The translations under genes and the position numbers were made by a program. From assembly GCF_021028975.2 (NCBI RefSeq), contig NC_059437.1, positions 33,914,001 through 33,978,000 on the forward strand: a DNA stretch of 64,000 bases. The letters are read 5' to 3'. The notes beneath the pieces are model-generated. The model searched no databases. It was not told the DNA's origin and was given only the letters and a program-made list of their open reading frames with translations. Source of the stretch: Sphaerodactylus townsendi (taxonomy: Eukaryota). Shown piece by piece: positions 35,901 through 49,724 of the stretch. Numbering within the stretch: position 1 is the stretch's first letter; each line of letters opens with the position of its first letter.

Positions 35901-38900
35901 ATGGTTACCAGCCGAGTGATATTTGTGTCTCAGCCCCTACAGGCAGTGGTAAAACACTGGCCTTTGTCATCCCTGTGGTACAGGTGAGCTTTGTATAGAG
36001 TGGGCACCTGCTTGGCTACAAGTCTATGTGTGATGTGCCAAAATCTACAACCTGCATCAGGTATCACAATAAATGTTGGCATGGGGTTGAAGGCAGACCT
36101 GGGGGAAACTCTACAGACTTGTGCCAGTTGTGTGCTTCCAAAGAAGTACTGTACTAGCAAGTTTCTATAGTTTCAACACATGATGGTGTTTACCAAGCCA
36201 GCTCAGAGGCAGGTAATTTCTCTGGCTTTAGTTATAGGGTGCAAACATTGTACCTGCTTTAGGCCTTCCTCTCTCCTTCCTCTTGGGTATCGAGGTCTAT
36301 CAAGCAGCCTCATCCATGCCGTAAAAAGGTGTATTCTTCACTTTTGAAATGGCATGCTCCTAAACTGTTTCATTATAATGTGCAATAGAGGGCCAGAACT
36401 TTGATTGTCTCTAGCTCAGATGAAGAAATGAACTTTACCCCTCAGCTATCTTTGTTGCCTCTAGCTTTGAATCCTCCTTTTCCTTCCTGTCTAAAGTACC
36501 AAAGTCCTGAGACTTCTGTGGCCCCTGTGCTTCTTCCTTTGTCACTCCTTTGTCACTCATTTTCTGCTCCCTCTCTCCTCTATCCAGCCACAACACTGCT
36601 GTTTCTGCTCAGTATTCTGCTACATATTTTGGCCCCTCCAGGCCTTCCTTTCTCCAACAAATCTTAAATAGTTTGCAAAACTGACAAAAATCATAGAGTG
36701 GAAACAGAGATTTATATTGCACATAATTTAATCCAGTTGCAAAGTTTGAATTTGCTGGCTGCGGTTTTGCATACAGTGTGCACAAAGTTCATAGCCACTG
36801 AGGTGGGGGGTGGGGGGTAAAATGAATTTATGAGTGGATGCCTCTGACTAGCTCATCCAGATCACCCAAAGAGAATTTAGTTTTGGGGAGTTCTGTGTGA
36901 AAAACACTTAAGGCAGCCAACTAAGAGCATTTTGAAGAGTGTATATGTATATGTTGCTTCATTTATGTACTTCAATAGACTGAGAACAAGAACCTACCAG
37001 CTGTTCCTAATATTTTGATTCTGACTTGGCAGGCCCTGTTAGAACGAGTTGTTTGCCAGGTGCGAGTCTTGGCAGTTTTGCCCACCAAAGAACTAGCACA
37101 GCAGGTAAGTTCCCAATTCCTTCAGTCCTTTGGCCTGAGTCCACCCTAGCCAAGAAACAGGATCTTCCAGCACACTTTTTGGATAAAAGCTGAGAGTGAC
37201 TGCTTGTGATTTGGAGATCTTTAATCTCCCACTCAGATGTACTGCTGGACTGGGTGACAACAGAGATCTTATTTGGAAGGGGTCTCCCCCATGTGAGGGA
37301 AGGCAATCCAGGGACTGGAGTCCAATTGATCTGTCCTCCCGACAACACTGGAAGGGAGTACCCCCTTTTAGATTGCAGCAGTCTATAGGATCTTCTCCAT
37401 ATATGGTTTATGAATGTTGACAGAGTGCTAGTTACACAGAGGAGTTGCAGACTCACTGTTTAAACATAAAGTTAAATGTTTATTAGGAAACTGCATTTCA
37501 GATAAGAAAGCTGAGATGCTGGGATAGCTACCTCACTAGTTAAGGAAGGAGGGAGAGAAGAGCCTTCCAAGAAGGTGGAGGAAATGAGACCTGAGGTTAT
37601 CAGTCTAAGGACAGACAAGAGGTGACACCAAAGGACAGAAGGATCTCTAACCTATCTAACTGATCACTTGCCTTCCCTCTGCTGTGTCTGCTCAGTTCCT
37701 CTGCACACTAGACATTGTCACTTCCAACAATGAACTCGTTCTGGTGTGACAACTGTATTTCTTCCAATTTTGCCTGTAGCAAAATAGTCCTCAAAAATGT
37801 CTGTATTACGCTGGGAAAGATGTGTAATTTATTCAGGTGTCCCAGATATTGTAACTCTGTAAGGAGTTTCTCTCTCCAGCCTCGTTTCACTGTTCCTAAT
37901 TTTGGGGGGTGGGGGGGCTTTTTCTGCTTGCTCCCACCAGAGGCTCATGGAGCTGTGCAAATATAGGCAGCTCAGAAAATGAAACCATCTCTGTATGTAC
38001 ATGGACACATGAACTCGCCTGATACTGAATCAGACCATTGGTCCATCACAGATTATTGTGCACTCAGATTTGCAGCAGCTGTCCTAAGTCTTTGGTAGAG
38101 GCCTTTCACAACACCTACTGCCTGATCCTTTTAACTGGAGATTCTCGATATTGGACCCGGGACCTTCTGCATGCTCTGTAGATGCTCTGCCATTGATCTA
38201 CAGCCCCTTCCCTGGGTGCACAGATCCAGAGCCATGTGTAGAATAGGATGCATAGCAGGATTGGAGTGAAGTCACTGGTCTGCAGCAGATCTCACAGACT
38301 TCGCAGACAACAGATGCCTGGAAAACAATTTTTATTCAGTGTCTGCTATGGCTCTAGAGTGCTGAAGACCATCATAGCTACCCTCTGAAATTGTCTTCCA
38401 AAGCTGTATACTTCTTTTGTAAGTTACCTTTGGGATGATGAGCCACTTCAGTACATATCTGATGCACGGACGTGGTTTGTCTGACCGGGTTTTAACCCAA
38501 GTATGCTGACTGTGTACTCCTGTTGTGTTGTGTCCCCCTGCTGCACTCTCAGTGATCCAGAAGTGAAGTTAAAGAGGCCACTGAGGGCAGAGACTGCTCA
38601 GTCCTCAAGCCAAGGTGCAACTGAGGCCAGGTGAACTGCTCTGCAGGGCTGTTCTAACTCACATCCTCTTTCCACAAACAATGCAAAACTGAACTATTCA
38701 AGAGGGCTTTCTGCGCAGGTAATAGGAATGCAGTGCACAAAATGGTTTTTCAGACTTGCTTGGATAAATGATTAAGGACTGCAGTCTGTACTGTTGCATT
38801 CAGCTTATTGTAAGTAGGTCTGTACTGCTTGTTATGTCATATGAATGCTTATTTATTTATTTCTTAGATTTTTATCCTGCCTTGTTCAGTTGTTCAGTTC

Positions 38901-41900
38901 TTTCTGGTGGTTCCAGACTTCTAAAATCCCAAGGCATTAGTGTTGAATGTCCCAATTTTGTGATTGTACTGGCTCACTGTGTATAATCTGCCATCAGTCC
39001 CTGTGAAAAAGGTGGGCTAGTAATGAAATAAATAAATAAATAATTCCCCTTTGTCCTTCTCATTCACTCCTTCCTGTAGGTGAGTAAAGTGTTCAACATT
39101 TACACTGATGGAACGGGACTGAGAGTCGTCCAACTGACTGGGCAGAAGTCTTTTGTGAAGGAGCAAGAGTCTCTTGTTGAGAAAACGTAAGTTTAATCCT
39201 TACGTTGGTGTTACTTGTATATCATTTCATTGAGTTGGCTCATTTATTGAACAGATGAAGATCTGAGCAACAGACTCAGATGAGAGTTTGTCTGATCATT
39301 CTGTTCTTAATCACTCCAGCTAGGGTTCTTAGAATGGGGGTCGCTGCCACAGCTTTCCATATTATCATGGAATCCAGAGTGGAATCCTGAACTTTGGGTG
39401 TCAAAAACCAGAAAGGAAACCCAAGCATTATCTGACAGGAGTGTGTGGGCATCATTTTTACAGTGAGTTGTGGGATACAGTGAATAAATTATCCCTTTCC
39501 AAAATGAGCAAACTGTTGGCTTGGCTGATCCTGAGTAGTCCTGGGCAAATGGATGTCACGGTCTTCAACGTTGAGAGAAGGCTCAGCATTTCCTATCTTT
39601 GTCTATCTAATACACATATTTGTACATACACATATCCACAGCAGTGGCAGTCACATCCCATAGTAAGCTCTCATTCACTGGCATTTCCCAGGCTCACTGG
39701 ATTCCGCAGTCTGGCAGACATTGTTGTAGCCACCCCTGGGCGCCTGGTGGACCATCTTCAGCAAAGTCCTCAGTTCAGCTTGAGAGAACTTCGTTTCCTG
39801 GTGAGTAGCAAATCTGCCTGTCTAAACCCACTGATCATGTTTGCAGTTCACTTCAAGTACCTTCTTCTGTCTGTAGCAGTGCTGTGGACATGGCTGGGCC
39901 CTGTTGAAATAAATGGGATGTTGACTGAAGTATTTTTCACTAGCCTGTTGTAATCCACGTGCAGGGTTTCTGTATGTGTGCATGCACCCTATGGCAGTTT
40001 CGTGGCTCTCCATTGACTGAGGCTCTTTAGTTCCCATGTAGGGTTGATACAATTCCTATTCCTGATTCCCAGCTGCATGTGCTGAAAGCCCTGGCTTGGC
40101 TATAGGAAGCATGGCTGAAAATCCATTTGGTGTGTCCGTAGAGGTTAATCATCCCTATTTCCTCTTATGGACTCCTTCTTGTGCTCAATTGTACATGAGG
40201 GTAGATCATTGATGAAGCCGACCGCATGATTGACAGCATGAACCAGGACTGGCTGTCCCAGGTTGTGAAGGCTGTGTATGGACCTGATGAAGGCACAGGA
40301 CCCGGTCGGCTGTTCAGGAGGGCACCACAGGAACCCATCACAGCAGCCAGGTGAGTTAACCCACAGGGACTAGGAGGGAGACACGGAAACGTGGTTACTT
40401 GGTGGTCTGCGCAGGCAGAAGGTCAAAGGACTAGGGTGTCGTGGAAAGAGCACAGGAGGCAGAGCAGTGGAGCCCACGTCTCCTCACTCTTAGAAGTTCA
40501 GTCAGTCTTTTGGAATTGAAAACTCTATAGTCAGCTCTTTCTACTAAAGGTTCAAAGGCTGAGCTGGTTCCAGGATGGCCCTGTGAGCAAGCTGAGACCT
40601 GAAAGCTGTCCTGTTGATTCCAAGCCCTCAAGATGTAGCTTCATGCTCAGAGAGTGAAGCAGGCCTGGAAAAGGGCCAAACAAAGAGGGCCAAAGGCTGG
40701 AGGTGCTTTTCTTTGTGCTGCAGAGCTGCTTTGCTAGGAAGGAATGCCTTTTGTCGTTCCAGAGCCTTCTTCCCCCAGATCCCTTTGCAAAAACTCCTTT
40801 TCTCAGCCACACTGAGCCGGGATCCAGAGAAGCTGCAGCAATTGGGCCTCTATAAGCCCCGCCTCTTTACTTCTGTCTATGCCAAAGCACAGCCTGATGG
40901 TACCGAGATGCAGCAGGAGATGGAGAAGAAATACACCCTCCCCGAGGGGCTCTCGGTAAGAAGTGTGGCTTTTATCATCAGGTTGATGTGCATGATTGAC
41001 ATAAAGCCTGGTACCTCCTCTGACCAAAGAATTGGCAGTATGTTTGGGGAGAACCCTTGCTGGAAAAAGGGGGTGGGCGTGGCATGGGACTTTTCAGCAT
41101 TCACTTTTCCAGGAAAGCAGTGACTGGGGTCCAGACAATGTAAAAAGAGGTCAATATTTTAGGCAACAGCCTGATACTACAGGGCATGGGCCAGGCAAGG
41201 GCAAAAGTCCTTTTAACAGCAGACAGATTTGGCCTGGGAAACTGTTAACACAGCAGTTCAGAAAATAAGGCACAAGAGTCAGCAAACATTTGGTGGCTTC
41301 CCAGCCAACATTACATTCCTGAATGTGTTCAGTGTTCTGTAGTTATTTCCTGGCTTCCTGGTTTTGGGAGATTCTGGTTAACGGGTGAAGATTTTATGGT
41401 TGGAACTCATCATCAACTTTTTGAAATGGAAATAAATATTTGCAGAGAGATGAGTCACGATTCCTACATCAGTAACTTATGCTTGAGAGAGTAAAACCAG
41501 AAACTTGGCATGGAACACAAGTTCATGTTGCTGGTGACAAAAATGCACTGAACTATTGTTGATGGGTATTTGAAAATTAGATCCTTTTAAAGCTGCCTGT
41601 TAATGCCATCCAGTCAAGGAGCATGAGCAGTTTGGTCTGGCAACAGTTTAACGCCCCTGATCCTCCCGAGGGAAGCTAGAGTTCTGTGTGCAGTGGCTGT
41701 CTGTTCTTGTTTCCCGCAGCAATATTACGTGCCCTGCAACCTGCGATCCAAACCGCTGCTCCTTCTGCATTTTCTGTTGAGGATGAAATTCAGCCGAGTT
41801 CTGTGTTTCACTAACAGTAAAGAAACTTCCCACAGGTGAGCGTTCAGCTTGACACGCACTGGGCTGGCTTGTGCCTTGGCTGGCTGAAGGTTGTTTCTCT

Positions 41901-44116
41901 CATTCGCTCTCTCTGTCCCCAGGTTGTTCCTTTTAATTCGAGCCTTTGGCGGAGTGAAAGTGGCAGAGTTCTCTTCCCGTCTGAGTCCAGGAGAGAGAAA
42001 AAGGGCCTTGAAAGAATTTGAACAAGGAAAGATCCAGCTGTGAGTGTCCACTGAAAGCTTGAGAGTGGAAGTGTTGTGCACCGCAAACCTGCAAAACTTG
42101 GGGGATGTGGCAGTGAGGTGTGGGTGTTTTTTCCTTCAAGGGATTGAGTGCAGCAGGCAAGCTTAGAGGCTCCAACCCCTGCATAATACTGGCTCTTCAA
42201 CTAGCAACAGAGTTGTGTTGCACCCTCCAGGTTTGCATTAGGAAGCCCCCAGTCTTTTGTGACTTCTAGGATTCATCCTTGCCTCTGTTTCTAAGTATGG
42301 AAAGATGTTTCTAAATATGCTAACCTGTGCAGGTGTCTGGGGGCCTCCCAAACCCTCGCTTTGCCCATTAATGATCTGACACGGTCACAGATCTGGAGAT
42401 CAGCAGTCATACCCTGATCTGCTGTGTCAGTGTTTGGGCTGTGACAAGATGACCTTTGAATACCTTTCCTTTCAAACAGCTTAATCAGCACAGATGCCAC
42501 GGCTCGTGGAATCGACATTGGAGGAGTGAAATATGTAATCAGCTACGATGCCCCTCAATTTATCAGGACCTATGTTCACCGGTAATGTCTTCAAAGAAAA
42601 ATGCCCCCTCCCCACAATTAAAAAAAAATTCATTTCATTCTTGGAGCTTGAAATCAGCAATGCATCACTTACTTCAGCGTATGCTGACAAGAACTGTGCT
42701 GATGGTGAAATGTGCCGTTCTTCTGTTGTCTTTCAGGGTGGGCAGAACAGCTCGAGCTGGGAAAGCTGGCCTGGCCTTCACCATGCTGCTGAAAGTGCAG
42801 GTATATTGTCCACTGGCTCTTGATTTCTTCCCAAAATTGGCACCTTCCATGAACTGTGTTGGCTGCAGAGACACGTCTCTTGCTTGCGTGGCTTCCGAGA
42901 AGAGATTCAAATGTCATGGCAAGACTGGGGTAGCAGCAGCTTTGAAAAAGGAACCTGCAGAGTTGGCCAGGGGGCGGTGACGGGACACAGGACTGAAGCT
43001 GTGATCCTTGGCTGCCTGGCTCAATTGGTGGACATTTTCTAAGGCTTCTTTAGTTTCTTGGGAAGGAGGTTTTGCTGACTGGCTCTCATTGTCCAGGAAC
43101 GGAAATTCCTGAAAATGCTGAAAGAAGGTGGCCTTCCTGAGTTGGAACAACAGTTGGTGAAGAGCGAGAACCTCAAGCCTCTCCTCCAGCAGTATGAAGA
43201 AGCACTAGCTGAACTCCGGAATGTTGTCAAGGTACTGCTGGCTTCCAAGACGGGACCTCTGGTGTCAGCAGGAGTCTGTCAGCTGGGAGTCAGCAGCAGG
43301 GAAAGAGGCAGACAGGCATAGCTGAGAACTACGAGGCCAAGCCTCAAAGCTGCTGTATCAGGATTTATTTTATTTCTTTGCTGTCAAGTCACAGCTGACT
43401 TATGGCGATCCTGTACAATTTTCAAGGCAAGAGATGCTACTGCCTGCCTCTGCATCTCGCCCTTGGTATTTCTTGGAGGACTCCCGTCCAAATACTTGCC
43501 AGAGTCTCAGCTGAGTTTGACAGGCCTAGGGTCACCCAGCAAGTTTCCATGGCAGAGTGGAGATTCAAACATGAGTTTTCCAGGTCCTACTCTGATAGTG
43601 TAGTGTGTCTGTACTCACAGGTAGAAGGTGGTAGTAAAGGGCAGTGTAGCTGTCAGAACTGGAAGAAAAGAGATGGTGGGTTTCTAGGCATGAGGAATTG
43701 CTGCAAGTGAGAAGCTCCCAGCAGCAGGCAGTGAAATCTGGGCCCTGCTGTGTCTTCTGAAGTAGCAGGGATCAAGGCTGGACTTTGATAGGAGAGTCAG
43801 CACAATATAATAGCAGTAATTTTATACTAAGACCTGATGGGACCTGGGTTCAAATTCTGCTTGACCATGAAGCTTGCTGTACAACCTTGGCCCAATCATT
43901 AGTCTCTCTAATTTGTTTCCCAGAACTGTAGTAGCAATAAAGTTGGGAGAAGGGGAGGGATAAAGTAAGTTAATGTAAAGTAGAAATGCCAGAAGCTTTC
44001 TTTGTTTCCTTTGCTGAAACTGATCCTGGATTCCACAGTTGCTTGCTGAGAACATTAGCCAGGCATGACTGCTTCTTTTGTCTCGACAGGAGGAGCAAGC
44101 CATGAAGCGATCCTGA
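29839..44116 (+). CDS. DDX51: ATP-dependent DEAD-box RNA helicase DDX51 (Dbp6 family), 16 exons, about 685 aa
   Basis: Exons 29839-29861, 32132-32496, 33181-33365, 34609-34759, 35838-35983, 37033-37104, 39080-39186, 39692-39800, 40205-40350, 40763-40955, 41720-41835, 41923-42039, 42480-42581, 42737-42800, 43097-43231, 44090-44116. Sum 2058 nt, open frame. Motifs [47 protein letters not shown]; N-terminus MALFLVNRY. The exon 3 acceptor is tentative. Confidence 0.96.
37415..37729 (-). mobile_element. Solo LTR (315 bp) in DDX51 intron 6
   Basis: TGTTG...CAACA termini, 5-bp TSD ATGAA (37410-37414 and 37730-37734), AATAAA on the - strand near 37480. Confidence 0.75.
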
Positions 44117-44537
44117 ACAGGGAAGGGAGCGGGTGCTGCATTGTTCGTTGGTACAAAAAACAAACAAGGACTGAAGACCTCCTTAGTGACAAACTGGGCT
44201 GTGGCCTCAGGAATGCACAGCATTTGAAAACAGACGCCATTACCAGCTCCCTGAAGAACCGAGAAACGAAAGAGGAACATCTGCCCAAAACTTGAGCAGA
44301 GGGAGCTGCAAGCCCCCTTTGTTCATTCCCGGTGGGACTTTAGCCCAGCCTGATTGGGAGTTCTCTGATTTCTCAGCCTCTTCCTGGGAGTGGACTGATC
44401 CTGTTCAGCCTTCCAGGGAGAGGGCAGTTCCTTCATTGTCTTATCTTCTTATCATGGTCAGTGGTCCAGTTGTGCCTCCAGCAGTTGCTGCTGCTGATCC
44501 ACGTGAAACCCACTTTGAACAGAGGAAACGTTATTTA

Positions 44538-44628
44538 AATAAAAAATCGACTTTGCTTCCCAGTGCAAGCAGGATTTTTCCTTTGAAAATGTGTGAGCGA
44601 GATGGTTAATGGGTGTGCTTAGAATAAA
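44538..44628 (+). terminator. DDX51 polyadenylation signals
   Basis: AATAAA at 44538-44543 and 44623-44628. Confidence 0.5.
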
Positions 44629-45439
44629 CTTGGAAGCATGAAAATGTTGCAAAATCACCCAAGCATAGAGTATCTCCGAGTGTGGTTAGTACATAGGTCA
44701 CCGTGCTCCATCGGGTGAGAAAGAATTCCATATGCGAACTGCACATTGTATGAAAAAAAATACTTTATCTTACCTTCCTTGGACTGTTCTCATTTTTAAT
44801 AATATGAAAGATAATTTTTCCCATTCTTATTTCCATGTCATTTTTATAGGTTTGTTTTTATTTTTATATATGGATGATTTTTGACATTATGGTATATTTA
44901 TGTATAAGCTGCCTTGAGCAGAACTCTGGACAAGCAGCATTAAAAATGCCTAAATAAGTCTGCAGCCTTTTCACCGCGGAAAGGCCTATCTTCACAAGAA
45001 AGGGGTAAAGACTTTTTTTTAATGAAAGCTAGGAATTCAGAGAACCTGATAGATTGCCTTAACATGGTAAGATACTAATTGCCAGTTTAGAAACCTGGAA
45101 AAAAAATCCTAGTCATACAGATAAGGGGGGAATTGAAGAATTGGTAATTTGTACAATTCCACATTCTCTGGATTCTGTTAAATCTGACCAAGCCATCAGG
45201 AACCAATCCATTGCAACAAAATCTCAGTTTTCTGTGCAAATCTGCTAGAGAGACTTGAAACAGGAAAAAAAATCGCTTCTACACAATTTGGGAACAACCT
45301 TTTCCTGCAGACTTGAAGTTGCTTTCTCCTTTGCTTAAAGAGCCACCACCCCATCTCATTTGGCCAAAAGCCAGGCTTCTCTGTACACCACTATCGCCTT
45401 CCCTGGGAAAACAAGCTTCACATGATTGGGGGGGAGTGG

Positions 45440-45452
45440 AGTCCAAGGTTCA
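45440..45452 (+). promoter_or_regulatory. DR1/HNF4-like element upstream of GST-theta copy 1
   Basis: AGTCCA-A-GGTTCA 124 bp before the ATG; further CAAAGT cores at about 45462 and 45485. Confidence 0.45.
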
Positions 45453-45575
45453 TGATTGTTCCAAAGTGACAATAGTTGAGCTGGCAAAGTTACAAGAGGT
45501 GCCGTGGACACCAGTGCCCTGCACTTTAGAAAGCTTTTCTCATTCTCGCCTGCTTTTTCTCTTGTACCTGTTGCA

Positions 45576-48500
45576 ATGGGCCTGGAACTTTACTTGGACC
45601 TGCTCTCTCAGCCCTGCCGATCTGTCTACATTTTTGCCAAGAAAAATGGCATTCCTTTTGAGTTCAAGCCTGTGACGCTAATGAAAGGTGAGAAGGGGAG
45701 CTGGATTCATGGGCTAGACTTTGGGGTGCCTTGTTTTACACAGTAACCATTGATGTTAACCATCCAAGCAATCACATTCTTAGTGTAAATCGAGTCAGGG
45801 TGGATGGTTGGTTTTCCGAACTAGGTCTGAGTTCTTTTAATCTGCACTGAGAATTTTACCTATATCTGTGGCTAATTAACATTGATTTGAGGAAGAAAAA
45901 CCTTTTCTGTGCATATTTGAGCGTGATGGGTGTTTGAGATAGCTAACGCCTTCAGGGGCAGCTAAGTGGGTGATAAACCATTTACTGCGCAGCCACCTTC
46001 ACTGATGCACGTGGACTGAATTAGGAGAATTAATCTGTGTGGTCCTACAAGATGGGTTATTTTGTTGGGCTGGGTGGTCTTTCAGTTTTTTCCCAGTTGA
46101 TGCTCTGATAGTTTTCTATGGCATGTTAAGGGTATTTTGCAGTACATGTTGATGGCTGTGGGCATGAAAATGGTGTGTGCGCCTAAACACAAATAGTTAC
46201 TTGTATCTGGCAATTGCTTATATGACTGTACCCCAAGATCCTTGCTTGCTCTGTGCAACAACACCATTGTTGGAAGGTGTGAGTGAATGATAACAGCTGG
46301 CTTAGAAAGAAATGACAGGCAAGCAAATGCACAAAACCCAAGTTCGCCCAGTCCATATGATAGCGCAGCACTGGCAGAACTGGGTGCTGTATGACCTTTT
46401 TGAGCAAACCAGCCTGAGGGAAGCTCTTGGCACTCTTTCTTGAGAGCAGGTACTGTTAACTCCTCTTGTAAACCTATCTAGGGCAACACAAGTCTGAAGA
46501 GTTTAGCAAGGTAAATCTCCTGGGGAAAGTTCCAGCTCTGAAAGATGCCGACTTCACCTTAGCAGAGAGGTAAGGATTGGGTGTCTTTGCTGGGATTTGG
46601 GAATGGAGACTGTTCAGCTACCACTAAACTTCTGCAGCATCTACGGCAGGGGTTCTCAACATTTTTAAACCTGTGGGCATTTCTTGAGTTTTGAAAGGGG
46701 TTAGCAGACACCATTACAAAATGGCAGCTCCAGGAACTAAGACCAGTCACAAAAAGTTGGGCAGTTCCAAGCCAAGCATCCTCCTATGGGGGGGGGGGGG
46801 ATGTTTTTGATGTGCTCCTTACAGACCCAAAGGTGTTGTCTTTTGAAGCACTCTCTGCTCAATTGTGATAGAGAAAAGCTAGGACCAACTATTTTGCTTT
46901 GGAGAATAAGCAAGTGGCTGCCAGGACATACATTGCCAAGGTGCTCATGGGCACCACAGGTCCTGTGTGAACTGCAAAAAAAAAAATCTGCTCACTCTCT
47001 CTCTCTTGCATTTTTATCAGTTCCAAGACCTTGTAGTTGCAGAAAGAGGTATTTCTGTGTCATTTGCAAAAAGCTGATAGAGGGCAGTTTTGAAACAGGT
47101 TCCTGTTGACTTGCAAACTTACCTCTTTCCTTTTAGTGTGTTGGTAGGACCCCTACAAAATAGGTGGTACCGGCTGTGCCTGAGTAAATTCTAGGCTCAT
47201 ACAAACTTAGCTGCTGAAAAACCACTGCATCTGTTGCCTTTGGCTTTTTCTAGATTAACAGTGGAGGCCCTTCAAGATCCTTCTAGCTTTTCTGGAAGGG
47301 ATGTTATAGAGCTGACCACTGTTACATCCTATAGCACTGTCCCCAATATCATTGGCATTTGCAGAATCTCCTTTTTCTGATGCATCAACCTCCTACAACT
47401 TACATCCTTTTCTCCCTCTCTCCCTCCTTCCCTTGAACAGCATTGCTATCCTTTTGTACCTAGCAAGGAAATTCAAAACTCCCGATCACTGGTACCCCTC
47501 TGATCTGCAGAAACGAGCCCGTGTGGATGAGTATCTGTCTTGGCAACATATGGCGACTCGCTTGTGTGGGAGCAAAGTGTTCCTGATCAAGGTAAAGAAT
47601 ATGTAAGTCCCGCTCCTGTGTACACAGCACAGGATCAAACTGGAGGACAGTATTGTTTGCAATGCCAAGAACGTTGGTAGGCATTTTCATAGCCTAATTT
47701 TAAAAAAATTAAAAATTGTGAGAGCAAGTTGAGCTGTGCTCTTGAAGACATTAAGCAGCATGCTCAGTAAAGGACGGGATAAGCACTTTCATATTCTTCT
47801 GGCCTTTGAAGTTCTCTTTGCAACTGGCTGTAACCTCGGCCCTGTGAAGAGAAAGTGGTCATGTTTCCTAGCAGGAAAAAACCTTGTCTGGCTACTGGTG
47901 CCTTGAACTGAATGCCGTTTGGGACGTTTGGGAAGGGCAAGGCAGGGGTATAGGCTTCGTATGTCTGGCCAGTGGGCAAGCAGGGGTTTAATGGATTTAT
48001 GTAAGGATCCAAACTGTAGTGGTCCTGCTGATCTCCTCTTGCTTTTCAAAACTTCAAACTAGAACAAAGTGCTGATCACGGTGCAATGTCAAAGACCTGA
48101 GTTCAATACAGAGTCTGCAACAGTAGCACCAGGCACCTGGTGAGGGATTTTGCCTGTACTATTGGGGCCCACAGAGTGCACTGAATTTTTTCCCCCCAAT
48201 GCTTGGAAAATATCTTTGCATCATTTTCCCAAGAACTAGAAGGAAGGCAGACCTGGGAATGCTTGGAGACCCTCTTGCTGAGAAACAAAGGGCTTGTGTA
48301 GAAAGGTCTGAAAGTTCATCCAGCCTTACTAACCCAGCATAGCCCAATACTATCACAGCTTGGAAGCTAAGTAGGGTCAGCCATGGTTAGTACTTAGATG
48401 GAAAACCACTAAAGAAGCCTGGGGTTGCTTTGCAGAGGAAGGTAAATGGCAAACTATCTCTGCTCTTCTCTTGCCTGGAATACCTCCGTGGTCCTGGCGT

Positions 48501-49724
48501 AATCATGAGTCAGTTGTGAGTTGATGACATACAATAATTATTAATTATGGTACGAAAAAGAAAGCTGAATGGAAAGCATGGGGGCCGCTAAAACAGAGCA
48601 GGAATAAATGGCCAAGCATGTGAAACTGGTTGTCATCTTTCCCCCTCCATTTTGTGCCTTCCTGGCTGCTGCAGCGTGAGTGGGTTAAAAGCAGCATCCA
48701 GTAAGGGACAGGTTGCGAATCTCTCTCCTTCCTCTCCTGGCTAGGCTATAGCACCTGCCTTTTTGGATGAGCCGCTTTCACCAGCAAAGTTAGATGGTGC
48801 CATTGAAGATCTGAATGGAGTCCTGAAGCTGTTTGAAGAGAAATTCCTCCAGGACAGACGATTCATCACAGGCCAAGAGATCTCCTTGGCAGACCTCGTG
48901 GCCATTGTAGAAGTCATGCAGGTGAGCACTTCAATGTCTGATGACAAAAAAACCCCATTCTAGACGCCCCCTGGCAATCCCCTCACAGAGCTGCAGCAGG
49001 GAAGCTTTGCAATCTGGTGAAGGAGGGGATGTCTCTCTTTACCTCTTTGTGGGGTTGAGGCTCCCCATGTAACTGCGAGCTGCCATAGGCCCCCCAAAAA
49101 AACTCCTCCTTGACTGCATTTAAATAAGCACCACATTATGAAGCAAAGGAAGGGGAGGAAAGGTCAGCAATCAAAAATTAAAAAGGCTGTGCATTCAGCA
49201 GGATTTACTTTCTCATTCTTTATTCCATCTCAGTACAGCAAACCAGAGACAAACCAGGTAAGGAAGACACCAGTGTGCTAAAGGGGTAAAGCTTGGCTAG
49301 GAATCCAGACTAACTTTAACTCTTTTCTTAACTGGAAGATGTAGCAGTTATTCTCTTGAGAAAACTACATTTGATGATTTCAAAGCAAGCAAATTGAAGC
49401 CCTGAGATGTTAGCCTTGGCTGGCAGGCAGTTGGTTGAAGTAATAGAAATAGGTGACTGTTCTCTAAATCTATCTTTAAAATGTGAAAGAGCCACACCAT
49501 TTACCTACTAACCCACTTTTACATTGCAGCCCCTTGCAGGTGGTTATGATGTTTTTGAAGGCAGACCCAAGATGGCAGCGTGGCGCCAAAGAGTAGAAGA
49601 AGCCATTGGCAAGGACCTCTTCCTGGAAGCGCATGAGCCGCTCTTAAAGCCCAAGGCTGCAGAGAATCTCCCTCCTGAACTAAAGGAGCAGCTGAAGAAA
49701 AATCTGCTGAAATATATCAAATGA
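45576..49724 (+). CDS. Glutathione S-transferase theta, copy 1 (canonical 5 exons, 240 aa)
   Basis: Exons 45576-45687 (112), 46482-46569 (88), 47441-47591 (151), 48745-48921 (177), 49530-49724 (195). Catalytic Ser in LLSQPCR; KVPALKD, LAESIAIL, ISLADL. Confidence 0.96.

Noticed and set aside
45185-45193. ARE-like TGACCAAGC upstream of GST copy 1
   Set aside because: It lacks the preceding purine and extended consensus, and such a core is expected by chance.
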